Source: a bacterium (GTDB lineage Bacteria > Verrucomicrobiota > Verrucomicrobiia > Limisphaerales > JAJXZI01). From it: a DNA stretch of 63,817 bases. This document shows positions 1 to 10,781 of the stretch, one piece after another. The stretch spans positions 1 to 63,817 of the forward strand of contig JAJXZI010000174.1 in NCBI GenBank assembly GCA_021780115.1, in the 5' to 3' direction. Below the pieces are notes generated by a model. The model was not told the origin of the DNA and searched no databases. It worked only from the letters and a program-made list of their open reading frames with translations. Position 1 is the first letter of the stretch; each line of letters starts with the position of its first letter. The position numbers were made by a program, and so were the translations under genes.

Positions 1-224
1 GGGTCGTAACCGTAGTCACGCAGGAGGGCATCCGGCAGTTCTTCCAACTTTACGCGGTAACTCCCAGAATCCTTGGAGTAGCGATACAAGATCCCTTCAT
101 CGTCCACCTTTTCAATCAGCACGTTGCTGTAAACGCGGCCTTGCCGATTGGTAAAAGTTGCCACGTTGGTCTGGCCTACCGCAACTCCTGCGAATGCAAG
201 GAGAGAGAAAACCATCAGTCTCAT
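1..224 (-). CDS. Secreted hypothetical protein, N-terminal part (runs off window)
   Basis: Manual translation from ATG at 224: MRLMVFSLLAFAGVAVGQTNVATFTNRQGRVYSNVLIEKVDDEGILYRYSKDSGSYRVKLEELPDALLRDYGYD...; signal-peptide-like N-terminus, open to window edge. Confidence 0.65.
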   Translation of the reverse strand, partial: MRLMVFSLLAFAGVAVGQTNVATFTNRQGRVYSNVLIEKVDDEGILYRYSKDSGSYRVKLEELPDALLRDYGYD

Positions 225-366
225 CGCTCTTTTCTACTGCCAGAGCCGCGCTGGGGTCAAGCTAATTCTCGCTCTTGAAGTCCAGGAAATGCTTCAAAAA
301 GGCTAGCGCCCAGGAAAGAGGAAAGGAAAGGATAAGGCGTCAATCCCGGCCATTGGTGAATTCTGA

Positions 367-666
367 TTGACGTTATTCTTCAACGTGCCGGTGCAGCCGG
401 GCAATCCGGGCGGCGCGCTGGTGGACGAGCGTGGCAACGTGGTGGGCGTGGTGTCGGCCAAGTTGATCGCGGCGGTGGCGGTGTCCACGAGCGGGGCGCT
501 GCCGGAGAACGTGAATTACGCCGTGAAGAGCAGCTTCCTGCTCAGCTTCCTGGAATCCGTGCCCGAAGTCTCGGCGAAGTTGAAAGAGCCGAGCACGAAG
601 GAGCGGAAGTTCGAGGACGTGGTGAAGTCAGCGGAGCAGGCGGCGGTGCTGGTGTTGGTTTACTGA
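367..666 (+). pseudogene. C-terminal fragment of trypsin-like serine protease
   Basis: VPVQPGNPGGALVDERGNVVGVVSAKL matches the GNSGG region but Ser is replaced by Pro; His/Asp half is absent. Confidence 0.7.
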
Positions 667-972
667 CGTGCCGCGAAAAACGCGGAACGCACGGAAGGGG
701 TTCCACCACGGAGCCTCTCAGCGGCCACGCCTGGACCGGCACGGACCCAACGCCCGCCCGGGCATCGTAGCCGGCCGTTGCAGCGTGGCCTTGCGCCTGG
801 CGTTGGCCCGGCAGTTCGTGCAGCGCCTCCTGCGGAAATCACCGGCGCCGGTCTCCGGCCGCCGCTGTGGCAGTTGACACCGCTTGGCCGGCCGTTACCG
901 TGGCGCCGTGAGCATTCCTTTCGGCTTCCCGACCCGGCTCGCCGCCTGCGCGACGGTGGCCTTCGGACGGAC

Positions 973-1926
973 ATGGACATCGTGACGCCGGGACAAAAGG
1001 CGTGGCAGCGCTTCCGGAAGAACCGGCCGGCGGTCCTCAGCGCCTGGTTCCTGGCGGCGCTGCTCGCGCTCGTTGTCGCCTGGCCGGTCTGCTTGAAGGT
1101 CGCTGATGTCTGCGGGCCGGGCGGCGCGCGGTTCGCCCGCAATCACGCCCCGGACCAACTCACCGACGACCAATTCCAGCCGCCCAGCGCGCGGCACTGG
1201 TTCGGCACGGACGTCCACGGGCGGGACCTGTTTTCGCGCGTGCTCTACGGCGCGCAGATTTCGTTGCTGGTCGGCGCGGTCGGCGCGGGCGTGAGCCTGG
1301 TGATCGGGGTGCTGTGGGGGGCCGTGGCCGGTTACGCCGGCGGGCGCACGGACAACCTCATGATGCGCGGCGTGGACATTCTCTATTCCCTGCCCTCGAT
1401 CATCTTCGTCATCGTGCTCATCACGACTTTGGAAGGGCTGTTCAAGGATTGGTTGGCGTCCGTCGCCTCGCCCGGCGTCGCCCGGTTCGGCCGGTTGCTC
1501 TTCCTTTTTGTCGGGCTGGGGGCGGTGTCGTGGCTGACGATGGCGCGCATCGTCCGCGGGCAGGTGCTATCGCTGCGCCACCGGGCGTTCGTCGAGGCCA
1601 GCCGGGCGCTGGGCGCCGGGCCGCTGCGCCTGCTGGCGCGGCACATCATCCCGAACGTCCTCGGCGTCGTGATCGTCTATCTCACGCTCACCGTGCCGGC
1701 GATCATCCTTTACGAATCGTTCCTGAGCTACCTCGGTCTGGGCATCCAGCCGCCGATGGCCAGTTGGGGCTCGCTCATCGCCGAAGGCGCGGACCAGATG
1801 AACCCCATCCGCATCTACTGGTGGCTGATCGTTTTTCCCGGCGGCGTGCTGGTCGCCGCGCTCCTCGCGCTCAACTTCCTGGGGGACGGTCTGCGCGACG
1901 CCTGGGACGTGCGCGGTGAAACCTGA
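973..1926 (+). CDS. oppC: Oligopeptide/dipeptide ABC transporter permease (OppC/DppC type)
   Basis: AWQRFRKNRPA N-terminus, HWFGTDVHGRDLFSRVLYGAQISL, EAA motif FVEASRALGA, LGDGLRDAWD end. Confidence 0.9.
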   Translation: MDIVTPGQKAWQRFRKNRPAVLSAWFLAALLALVVAWPVCLKVADVCGPGGARFARNHAPDQLTDDQFQPPSARHWFGTDVHGRDLFSRVLYGAQISLLVGAVGAGVSLVIGVLWGAVAGYAGGRTDNLMMRGVDILYSLPSIIFVIVLITTLEGLFKDWLASVASPGVARFGRLLFLFVGLGAVSWLTMARIVRGQVLSLRHRAFVEASRALGAGPLRLLARHIIPNVLGVVIVYLTLTVPAIILYESFLSYLGLGIQPPMASWGSLIAEGADQMNPIRIYWWLIVFPGGVLVAALLALNFLGDGLRDAWDVRGET

Positions 1927-1988
1927 AACCCGCCGGCGCCGCAATCGGTCCTCTGCCACGGCGCTTGAAGCCGGGAGTCCGCCGCGCT

Positions 1989-3206
1989 TCACTGCCAGCT
2001 CACCGCCCGGGGCCGCCGTTCATAATACGCCGCGAGCGACGTGGCGGTGGGCACCTCCGCGGCGCCGCCCGGCGGCCAGACGCCGGGGATGGCGGCCTGG
2101 CACTCGGGGCACTTGCCGTCGGGCGTGATGCGGTAGGCGCGCACCAGGTAGCCGTAGCGGTCGATCAACTTCGCGCCGCAATTCGGGCAGAAGGTGTTTT
2201 CCCAGCGGCCGACCCGCCCGGGCAGGTTGCCGGCGTAAATGAAGCGCAGTCCTTCTTCCGCGCCGATCTCCGCCGCCCGGATGAGTTGCCGCGCCTGGGT
2301 GCCCGCGGCGTCCGTCATCTTGTAGTCCGGATGGAACGCGGTGACGTGCCACGGGATGTCCCGGCTGACCGAGGCGATGAACCGGGCGAGGGCGCGCAAC
2401 TCCTCCTCGCGGTCGTTGAAGCCCGGCACGACGAGCGTGACAATCTCCAGCCACAGTCCGCGGTCGTGGACCAGGCGGATGCCGGTGGTGACGTTCTCCA
2501 GCGTCCCGCCCAGGCTGCGGTAGCGTTGGGCGTCGAAGCCCTTCAAATCAATTTTGTAGGCCACGATCCACGGTCGCAGGAAGTCGAGCGCCTCCGGTGT
2601 GGCGTTGCCGTTGGAGACGAACCCGCACAGCAGACCCTCCGCCCGCGCCTGCTGAAACACCGCCACGGCCCACTCGGCGGTGATGAGCGGTTCGTTGTAG
2701 CTGGAGACGACGAGCCGCGCGCCGCCGCGCCGCGCCGCCCCCGCGAGTCCTTCCGGCGTCGCCGGCAGGACCGGCGCCCGCGCCGCGGCGTCGCGCAGCG
2801 CCTGGCTGGTGACCCAGTTCTGGCAATAGGAGCAATGGAAATCGCAGCCCAACATGCCGAAGGTGAGCGCGTCCGAACCCGGCCAGACGTGGAAAAACGG
2901 CTTCTTCTCCACCGGATCGCTTTGCACGCCGCTGACGTAACCGAACGGCACCCGCAATTGCCCGCCGCGGTTGAAGCGCACCCTGCAAATGCCGCGCCGG
3001 CCTTCCGCGATCAGGCAGCGGTGGCCGCAGGCGACGCAACGGAGCCGGTCCCCTTCGCGGCGCCAGAGCGTGCCGACCTGCGCACGGCGGTCGAGTTCGC
3101 CGGCCAACGATCCATTCGCGGCCGGCGGCGTCGGCGCCGCCGTAGCGCCCGCTTCCGCGGCACGCCCGGAGCCGCGGGTGGAAGTCGGAGTTGCTGGAGA
3201 CACCAT
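1989..3206 (-). CDS. amrS: AmmeMemoRadiSam system radical SAM enzyme
   Basis: CVACGHRC...GICRVR, DPVEKKPFFH, CDFHCSYCQNW (CxxxCxxC), WHVTAFHPDYKM, YAGN, TFCPNCG; start approximate. Confidence 0.88.
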   Translation of the reverse strand: MVSPATPTSTRGSGRAAEAGATAAPTPPAANGSLAGELDRRAQVGTLWRREGDRLRCVACGHRCLIAEGRRGICRVRFNRGGQLRVPFGYVSGVQSDPVEKKPFFHVWPGSDALTFGMLGCDFHCSYCQNWVTSQALRDAAARAPVLPATPEGLAGAARRGGARLVVSSYNEPLITAEWAVAVFQQARAEGLLCGFVSNGNATPEALDFLRPWIVAYKIDLKGFDAQRYRSLGGTLENVTTGIRLVHDRGLWLEIVTLVVPGFNDREEELRALARFIASVSRDIPWHVTAFHPDYKMTDAAGTQARQLIRAAEIGAEEGLRFIYAGNLPGRVGRWENTFCPNCGAKLIDRYGYLVRAYRITPDGKCPECQAAIPGVWPPGGAAEVPTATSLAAYYERRPRAVSWQ

Positions 3207-3310
3207 AATCTCTGCGAGCTTGCGGTCCTCCACCTTGGCCCGCGCCGCCCGGCTTGTCAAAACCGGCCGCCCGCCGCCTCTGGCTGCGGGGCGCTGATGG
3301 CGAGGTTTAG

Positions 3311-4447
<1,137 letters not shown>

Positions 4448-4470
4448 GCCATCCGGTCAAGTCTCTCCGC

Positions 4471-4510
4471 GAACGGCGGCCCGGCCACGGGCCGCCGTTC
4501 TGCGTTTGTT
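4471..4510 (+). terminator. Hairpin/intrinsic terminator downstream of gap
   Basis: Perfect 13-bp stem gaacggcggcccg-gcca-cgggccgccgttc followed by tgcgtttgtt, between convergent genes. Confidence 0.65.
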
Positions 4511-4602
4511 GGCGATTGAAGCGCGGGTTTGGCGGTGCGGGGCCGGCCGCCCGCCCGCAACGCCCGCGGCGACAGCAAGGACCGGGAGCTACCCACCCGC
4601 CA

Positions 4603-5556
4603 TCACAACGAGCAAAGCCAGCGCGTCAGCGAGGCGATCTGAGTTTCGTTGGTCAGGTTGGCCGCGTTCTCAATGATCCCGCTTTCCAGGAAACTCCAGA
4701 TTTCCCGGGCCATCTTCGGCTCAATGGCCGCGCCGATGAAGAAGGTATGGGGGCGGACCTGGTTCCGGGCGAAGGCTTCGTGAATCCGGCTCAAGGCGGT
4801 GCGGGCCGTCTTCCAGTGTTCGTCTGCGCCGTTCGGGTCGATCCCGCCCTTCAACTCGCCCAAGGCGAGGAATGAGGCCGGCGATTTCAACATCTGCTGG
4901 TCGAGCGCATCGGGTGCGCAGTTGAGCACACACAGGTCCACGTGGCTGCGGGAGACCGCGACGGTGACGTTGTAATGCAGCGTTCGTGGCTTGTTGCCCA
5001 CCTGCCAGCTCAGGCCGCGCAAATGGATTTCGATTCCGGTTTCGTCATTTGGGGCGTTGGACCACTTCCCGGTCCCTGCGTGCAGCCACCGGTAGGTCTT
5101 GCCACCGTTCTTCAGGTGGGCGATGACCGTGCGCGTGAGCTTTTGCTGAGCCAGCGCGCCGCCCAGGTTGCGCATGGAGCCACCGAGTGTGTCACCACGG
5201 GTGAGCAGGAAGCGGTACACCAATTCCTCGACAAAAGCCGCGCCGGCGGGTTCAAGAAAGTTTCGGATGAGACCCGTGATCGCCTCCCGTTTGTCCGCTG
5301 CCTCCAAGTGCGATGACGCCTTGTCAGACACACCTGCGGCAGTGAGCAGCGCGGAATGGATGTCTTCCCTGTCCAGCAGTTCAGCGGCTGTCTTGGCGCG
5401 TGAGGCGGCAGCCTTCAGCGCCCGCGCCCTTTCGACAAACGGCGTGGCCCGATGGTTTTTCTCGAGCGCGAGGGTGATGAATCCGGCGCGATATGCCTCG
5501 CGCGTCGTTTCCAAACTACTGGCTGATTCCAGATGCTGTCGGAAAGGTTCCTTCAT
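4603..5556 (-). CDS. Type II restriction endonuclease, AvaI/BsoBI family
   Basis: RAGFITLALEKN, FVEELVYRFLLTRGDTLGGSMRN and LALGELKGGIDPNGADEHWKTA are characteristic of the BsoBI/AvaI family; lies next to a methyltransferase. Confidence 0.88.
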   Translation of the reverse strand: MKEPFRQHLESASSLETTREAYRAGFITLALEKNHRATPFVERARALKAAASRAKTAAELLDREDIHSALLTAAGVSDKASSHLEAADKREAITGLIRNFLEPAGAAFVEELVYRFLLTRGDTLGGSMRNLGGALAQQKLTRTVIAHLKNGGKTYRWLHAGTGKWSNAPNDETGIEIHLRGLSWQVGNKPRTLHYNVTVAVSRSHVDLCVLNCAPDALDQQMLKSPASFLALGELKGGIDPNGADEHWKTARTALSRIHEAFARNQVRPHTFFIGAAIEPKMAREIWSFLESGIIENAANLTNETQIASLTRWLCSL

Positions 5557-5559
5557 CGT

Positions 5560-7242
5560 TCACGGCCTTTTCCAGATATACACGCACTTGCGGAGTTCCT
5601 GGCGGCCCCAGCGCCCCATCTGTTGGCTGCTGTTGCCTTTGCCTCGGGGCAAAACCCAGAGCTTCTCGACCGCCAAGCCGGCTGACTCCGCAAAGTCAGA
5701 GAGAATCAGGTCAACGGGTACTTCCTCGCCGTGGTAACGTACGTTGTCGTTGACCATGACGACATGTCCGCCGGGCTTGAGAACGCGCGCCAGTTCAAAG
5801 ACGACCTGCGCCATCTCAAGAAAGTAATTCGCCACGAGAGCCGGCACGTTGGGGTTGCTCAACTCGTCCCGCTCCCTCGCGGCAATCAGCAGGCCGAGCA
5901 CTTCTTGCAAGGCTGCTTGCTGCTCGTAGGCTTGCTCAATGGCGCCGTAGCGCCGAGCCGCACCGAGTTGGGCGTAAAGCGCGCTGAGTTCGGCCCGCTT
6001 GCTCTTGTTCTCCACTGTGGCGGAAAGGAGTGTCTGGCGGAGCCGCCTCAAGTCGTCTTCGCCACTGCCACAGAAGGCCAACTCCAGGGCGTAGGTGCGG
6101 GTATAGTCGTAGCGGTTGCAGTAAGGCGGCGAAGTCAGAACGAGGTCGAACTCCGCTTCCGGCAGCTTGGGTAATTCCTTCAAGCACGAACCTTCCATCA
6201 CCTCGACATTGCGGGAGAAGATGCCGCCGTTGCGGGCTTGAAGATCGGCCAGAAAGTCGGCCAGACGCTCGCGCACGGCGTCTTTGAACGGCGGGATCGC
6301 CCCTTTATCAAACGGCCGTCCGAGGGTGCGGCCAGAGCGATTATCCCAGCGCAGATACTGGCCGTCCTTCCGCGTGAAGCTGACCTCCTCCAGCACCGAG
6401 AGACAGGCAAACCAGAGGAGGAAGCGGACATCCACGTCGGCAATCCCATCCAAGAACCGGAGGTAGGCTGACATCTGGGCCTCCGTCGCGGGCGAGAACG
6501 CGTCCTGAGTGATCCGCACATGGGGGAAGCGCCAGCCCGGTTTGGGTTTGTGCCAGTCGATACCTCTGAGCGTCTCCACTGCACGTTGGAAAACCCTCGG
6601 ATTGACGCGGTCAGCCACGAATCGGGCGTGCAAGGCGTGAACTCCCACAGGCAGCAGTTCGATGCCAGTCGCCTTCCAGCGGCGGGCGCTGGCCCGGGTC
6701 AGAGCCGTGCCGGTGCCGGCAAATGGATCGAGAACATGGAGCGATTCGTTCCGTGCGACATCGAGACAGTCGAACAGGTAGTCCACCAACTCCGGCGAGA
6801 ACGCTTCCTTGTATTTGAGCCAGCGGTAGAAGGGGGTGGTTTTGCTGGCTTGGAAGGAGACGAGCTTGCGGGTGAGCAGCGGATTCACCGCCAACCGGCT
6901 GGCAAAGTGTTCATAAAGCCGGGTGCGCGCCGATGATGAAGGCGTGGCCTCTGCCGGACGAAGAACCGGGTAGCGAACGTGCTGCCGTTGCGAGACGGCG
7001 GCCTCCAGCAACTCCGTCATCAGAGTGCCAGCGGTCTTGCCTTCGGCGAGGGATTCCTCACTCAGGCGATGGTGCCGTCCGGCGGGAATCGGATACGAAA
7101 CGACTTTCGCCGCCATCTCCCGCGGCGGAGCAGGTGGCGCAACCAGAGCCGGGTTTCGTTTCCGGTTCTTGGGCTTGAGTCCAGGCCGATGCATCGCTTG
7201 CCGACTGAGGTTTAGTCTGGGTTGCCCGGATTGGGAAGGCAT
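5560..7242 (-). CDS. Site-specific DNA methyltransferase (N4-cytosine type), cognate of the AvaI/BsoBI-like REase
   Basis: VLDPFAGTGT (motif I), LTSPPYCNRYDY (SPPY motif IV), KGNSSQQMG; start may be 7242, 7194 or 7116. Confidence 0.88.
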   Translation of the reverse strand: MPSQSGQPRLNLSRQAMHRPGLKPKNRKRNPALVAPPAPPREMAAKVVSYPIPAGRHHRLSEESLAEGKTAGTLMTELLEAAVSQRQHVRYPVLRPAEATPSSSARTRLYEHFASRLAVNPLLTRKLVSFQASKTTPFYRWLKYKEAFSPELVDYLFDCLDVARNESLHVLDPFAGTGTALTRASARRWKATGIELLPVGVHALHARFVADRVNPRVFQRAVETLRGIDWHKPKPGWRFPHVRITQDAFSPATEAQMSAYLRFLDGIADVDVRFLLWFACLSVLEEVSFTRKDGQYLRWDNRSGRTLGRPFDKGAIPPFKDAVRERLADFLADLQARNGGIFSRNVEVMEGSCLKELPKLPEAEFDLVLTSPPYCNRYDYTRTYALELAFCGSGEDDLRRLRQTLLSATVENKSKRAELSALYAQLGAARRYGAIEQAYEQQAALQEVLGLLIAARERDELSNPNVPALVANYFLEMAQVVFELARVLKPGGHVVMVNDNVRYHGEEVPVDLILSDFAESAGLAVEKLWVLPRGKGNSSQQMGRWGRQELRKCVYIWKRP

Positions 7243-7441
7243 TTTGTCGGCATTTCGCCGGCATGATCAGGGGGCCGCGACCCGCTCCAGGGCGAGGCTG
7301 CGAACGCGTTGGCCCCGCCACCAGTCGGGCGGTTCCGGCGGCCCACGGACCCCGTTCTGGGTTTTGACGTTGCGTGTTCCTGACTTCCCTTCGCGGGACA
7401 AGTCTTGTTTCATTGCTGCCGACAGTCTGGAAACACGATCA

Positions 7442-8815
7442 ATGGGCAACGAATTCAGCATCGTCCCGCAACCGGTTCCGCGCGTCGCGACCCGGTTCCG
7501 GCGGATCGTCACGCCGTTGCCGGTGCCGGAGTCGCTGGCGATCTTGGAGCGGCTGCGCCAGTACGAGCCGGTGTCCATGCGCGGCCAGCCGCCGGCGGTG
7601 TGGGCGCGGGCCGAGGGTTTCCAGGTCCACGACCGCTGGGGCAACACGTGGCTCGATTGGAGTTCCGGGGTGCTCGTTGCCAACGCGGGCCACGGCGCGG
7701 GGGAAATCCGGCGGGCGATCGTCGAACAGGCGGAGCGCGGCCTGCTCCACAACTACGTTTTCCCCAGCGAGGTGCGCGCGGAGTTGGTGGAGTTGCTGGC
7801 GGGCCTCGCGCCGGACGGGTTGAAGAAGGTCTTCCTGCTCACGACCGGCTCCGAGGCGACCGAATGCGCGATCAAGCTGGCGCGCGCCCGCGGTCTCCGC
7901 CAGGGGGGCACGAAGAAGATGGGCATCGTCGGCGCGCAGCGCGCCTTTCACGGCCGCACGCTCGGCGCGCAACAAGCCGGCGGCATCCCCAGCCAGCAGC
8001 ATTGGATCGGGAACCTCGATCCCGCTTTCGTCCATGTGCCGTTTCCTGATGGCTACTGGAATGAGGACACGAGCTTCGAGGGTTTTCTCCGCGCGCTGGA
8101 GCAGCAGGGGATGAAGGAGCGCGACGTCGCCGGCGTGATGTTCGAGACCTACCAAGGCGTCGGCCCGGAATTCGCCCCGGTCGAGTACATCCACCGACTC
8201 GCGGAGTGGTGCCGGGGGCACGACGTCGTGCTGATCTTCGACGAGGTGCAGGCGGGCTTCGGGCGCACCGGCAAGTTCTGGGCTTTCGAGCATTACGGCG
8301 TGGTACCGGACCTGATTTGCTGCGGCAAAGGCATCACCAGCTCCCTGCCGCTCTCTGCCGTCATCGGGAGGGCCGAGATCATGGACCAATTCCCGCCCGG
8401 CTCGATGACCAGCACGCACACTGGCAATCCGATTTGCTGCGCGGCGGCGGTGGCCAATCTCAAGAAGCTGGTCGCGGAAGACCTCACCGGCAACGCGGCC
8501 CGAATGGGCGCAATCCTCGACGCCGGCCTGCGCCAAATCCAGCAGAGCTACCGTGGCGTGATCGGCCACTATACCTGCCGCGGCCTGGTTGGCGGGCTGC
8601 AAATGCTCAAGGCTGGGAGGAAGGAACCGGATCACGACCTCGCCCACGCGGTCATCGAACGATGCTTCCAGAAGGGATTGCTGTTCTTCGCGCCGGTGGG
8701 GGCGTGGGGCCAGACAATCAAGATCGCGCCGCCGCTGGTGATTACGGAGGAGGCGCTGCGGGAGGGGCTGGCGGTGCTGGGGGAGGCGATTGACGAGGTC
8801 GTCGCACACCGGTGA
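7442..8815 (+). CDS. Class III PLP-dependent aminotransferase
   Basis: TTGSEATECAIK, AFHGRT, LIFDEVQAGFGRTG, ICCGKG (PLP lysine), THTGNP. Confidence 0.92.
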   Translation: MGNEFSIVPQPVPRVATRFRRIVTPLPVPESLAILERLRQYEPVSMRGQPPAVWARAEGFQVHDRWGNTWLDWSSGVLVANAGHGAGEIRRAIVEQAERGLLHNYVFPSEVRAELVELLAGLAPDGLKKVFLLTTGSEATECAIKLARARGLRQGGTKKMGIVGAQRAFHGRTLGAQQAGGIPSQQHWIGNLDPAFVHVPFPDGYWNEDTSFEGFLRALEQQGMKERDVAGVMFETYQGVGPEFAPVEYIHRLAEWCRGHDVVLIFDEVQAGFGRTGKFWAFEHYGVVPDLICCGKGITSSLPLSAVIGRAEIMDQFPPGSMTSTHTGNPICCAAAVANLKKLVAEDLTGNAARMGAILDAGLRQIQQSYRGVIGHYTCRGLVGGLQMLKAGRKEPDHDLAHAVIERCFQKGLLFFAPVGAWGQTIKIAPPLVITEEALREGLAVLGEAIDEVVAHR

Positions 8816-8860
8816 ACTCGCGGTGGCAATACGCGCTGACGGGAAGGCAAAATTTAGAGC

Positions 8861-9030
8861 GACAACAAATATCTATCGAAAAGATAGGATTTACACTCGA
8901 ATTTTGACTTGACAAACGCCGGTCTAGAAATGAATTTTTACAACATTTATATCGCACTAGTGCAAAGTCGCCGACATAATCCAAATTCGATTATGATAAA
9001 TACCGAGTTGAATAGTCGTGTTTGGTGCAT
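8861..9030 (+). promoter_or_regulatory. AT-rich promoter region of the cys operon with palindromic operator-like boxes
   Basis: TTGACA near 8908; inverted repeat ctatc-gaaaa-gatag (8873-8887); ataccgagttgaatagtcgtgtt (about 9000-9022) resembles Rrf2/IscR-type boxes. Confidence 0.5.
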
Positions 9031-9039
9031 CCCAATACC

Positions 9040-10725
9040 ATGACAACACAGCAGGTGAATCCGAAGCTGACCCACAACGAGGGATTGAAGACGGGCACGC
9101 CGACGCTCGTAGGCACGATCGCCCAGACCCTCGCCGACCCGACGCGGGACTGCTTCACGCAGGACGATTACGAGTTCCTCAAGTTCCACGGGGTTTATCA
9201 GCAGGATGACCGCGACAAGCGCAAGGCGGGCAAGCACTACATTTTCATGGTCCGCACCAAGTTCCCCGGGGGCGCGCTGACGGGACCGCAGTACCTGGCG
9301 TGCGACCGATTGGCGACGGAGTACGGCAACCACACGCTCCGGATCACGACCCGGCAGGACTTCCAGTTCCACGGCATCATCAAGGCCCGCCTGCGCCAGA
9401 CGATCAAAACTCTGAACGAAGCGCTCATCACGACGATTGCCGCCTGCGGCGACGTGGAGCGGAACGTCACCGCCCCCCCGACGCCCGCCACCAGTCCGCT
9501 GGTGGACCACGTGCTCGCCGAGGCACGCCGCATTTCCAACGCGTTGAACCCGGCGACGCCGGCCTACCACAAGATCTGGCTCGAAGGCGTGGAGTTGGAT
9601 TTGAACGATCCGGCGAACAAGGACTTTGTTGATCCGCTCTACGGTCAGCACTACCTGCCGCGCAAGTTCAAGACCGCGTTCGTGATTCCGCCGCTGAACG
9701 ACATCGACATCTTCACCAACGACCAGGGCTTCATCGTCATCGCGGAAGGCGGCCGTTTGGTGGGCTACAACTACGTGGCGGGCGGCGGCATGGGCATGTC
9801 GCACGGCAACGCCCAGACGTTTCCCCGGCTGGCGGACGTCGTCGGCTTCCTGCCGCCGGAGCATTTGGAAGCTGTGGCCAAAGCCGGCGTGGCCGTCCAC
9901 CGTGATTTTGGCGACCGCACGAATCGGCGGCACGCCCGGCTCAAATACGTCCTGGCCGAGCGCGGGGTGGACTGGTTCCGCGCCGAGGTCGAACGGCGGG
10001 CGGGAATCAAACTGGAGCCGGCGCGACCGTTTCAATTCACGCGGCAAGGTGACCTGCTCGGCTGGCACCGCCAGACCAATGGCAATTATTTCCTCGGGCT
10101 TTTCGTGGAGAACGGCCGCATCCGGGACGGGGATGGCTACCAGCTCAAGACCGGCCTGCGCCGCGTTTGCGAACGGTTTCAGCCGGGAGTCCGGCTGACG
10201 ACATCGCAGAACATTCTGTTGGTGGACGTGCGTCCGGAGGACCGTGACCGTGTGACCGCCATCCTGTCGGAGCACGGCGTGTCGGTGGACAATCCGTTCA
10301 GCCGGACCCGGCTGGCTTCGATGGCGTGCCCGTCGATGCCGACGTGCGGCCTGGGTTTGGCGGAATCGGAGCGCGCCCTGCCGGAATTGCTCACGCGGAT
10401 CGAAGGGCTGCTCGCGGAGTTGGGGTTGCCGGAGGAGGAATTCATCATTCGCATGACCGGCTGTCCGAATGGCTGCACCCGGCCTTTCATGGCCGAAATC
10501 GCCTTCGTCGGCCGGGCGCCCGGCAAGTACCAGTTTTACCTTGGCGGAAACGAGGCCAGCACCCGCCTGAACCGGCTCTACCGGGAGAATGTAAAAACCG
10601 AGGACCTCATCCCGGAGCTCCGGCAGGTGCTCACGCGCTTCGCGCAGGGAAGGAGTTGCGGCGAGCGATTCGGCGATTGGTGTGCGCGGGCCTTGTGGTC
10701 GGAGCCGCTGGCCGCGGCGCGGTAG
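9040..10725 (+). CDS. cysI: Assimilatory sulfite reductase hemoprotein subunit
   Basis: KFHGVYQQDDRD, LRITTRQDFQFHG, YLPRKFK, siroheme/4Fe-4S ligands ACPSMPTC...GCPNGC. Confidence 0.93.
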   Translation: MTTQQVNPKLTHNEGLKTGTPTLVGTIAQTLADPTRDCFTQDDYEFLKFHGVYQQDDRDKRKAGKHYIFMVRTKFPGGALTGPQYLACDRLATEYGNHTLRITTRQDFQFHGIIKARLRQTIKTLNEALITTIAACGDVERNVTAPPTPATSPLVDHVLAEARRISNALNPATPAYHKIWLEGVELDLNDPANKDFVDPLYGQHYLPRKFKTAFVIPPLNDIDIFTNDQGFIVIAEGGRLVGYNYVAGGGMGMSHGNAQTFPRLADVVGFLPPEHLEAVAKAGVAVHRDFGDRTNRRHARLKYVLAERGVDWFRAEVERRAGIKLEPARPFQFTRQGDLLGWHRQTNGNYFLGLFVENGRIRDGDGYQLKTGLRRVCERFQPGVRLTTSQNILLVDVRPEDRDRVTAILSEHGVSVDNPFSRTRLASMACPSMPTCGLGLAESERALPELLTRIEGLLAELGLPEEEFIIRMTGCPNGCTRPFMAEIAFVGRAPGKYQFYLGGNEASTRLNRLYRENVKTEDLIPELRQVLTRFAQGRSCGERFGDWCARALWSEPLAAAR

Positions 10726-10781
10726 CGCGTTGCGGGACCCTCGCTGGTTTGCGTTTTCGTGTCTTTGTTCCCGTCGCTACC

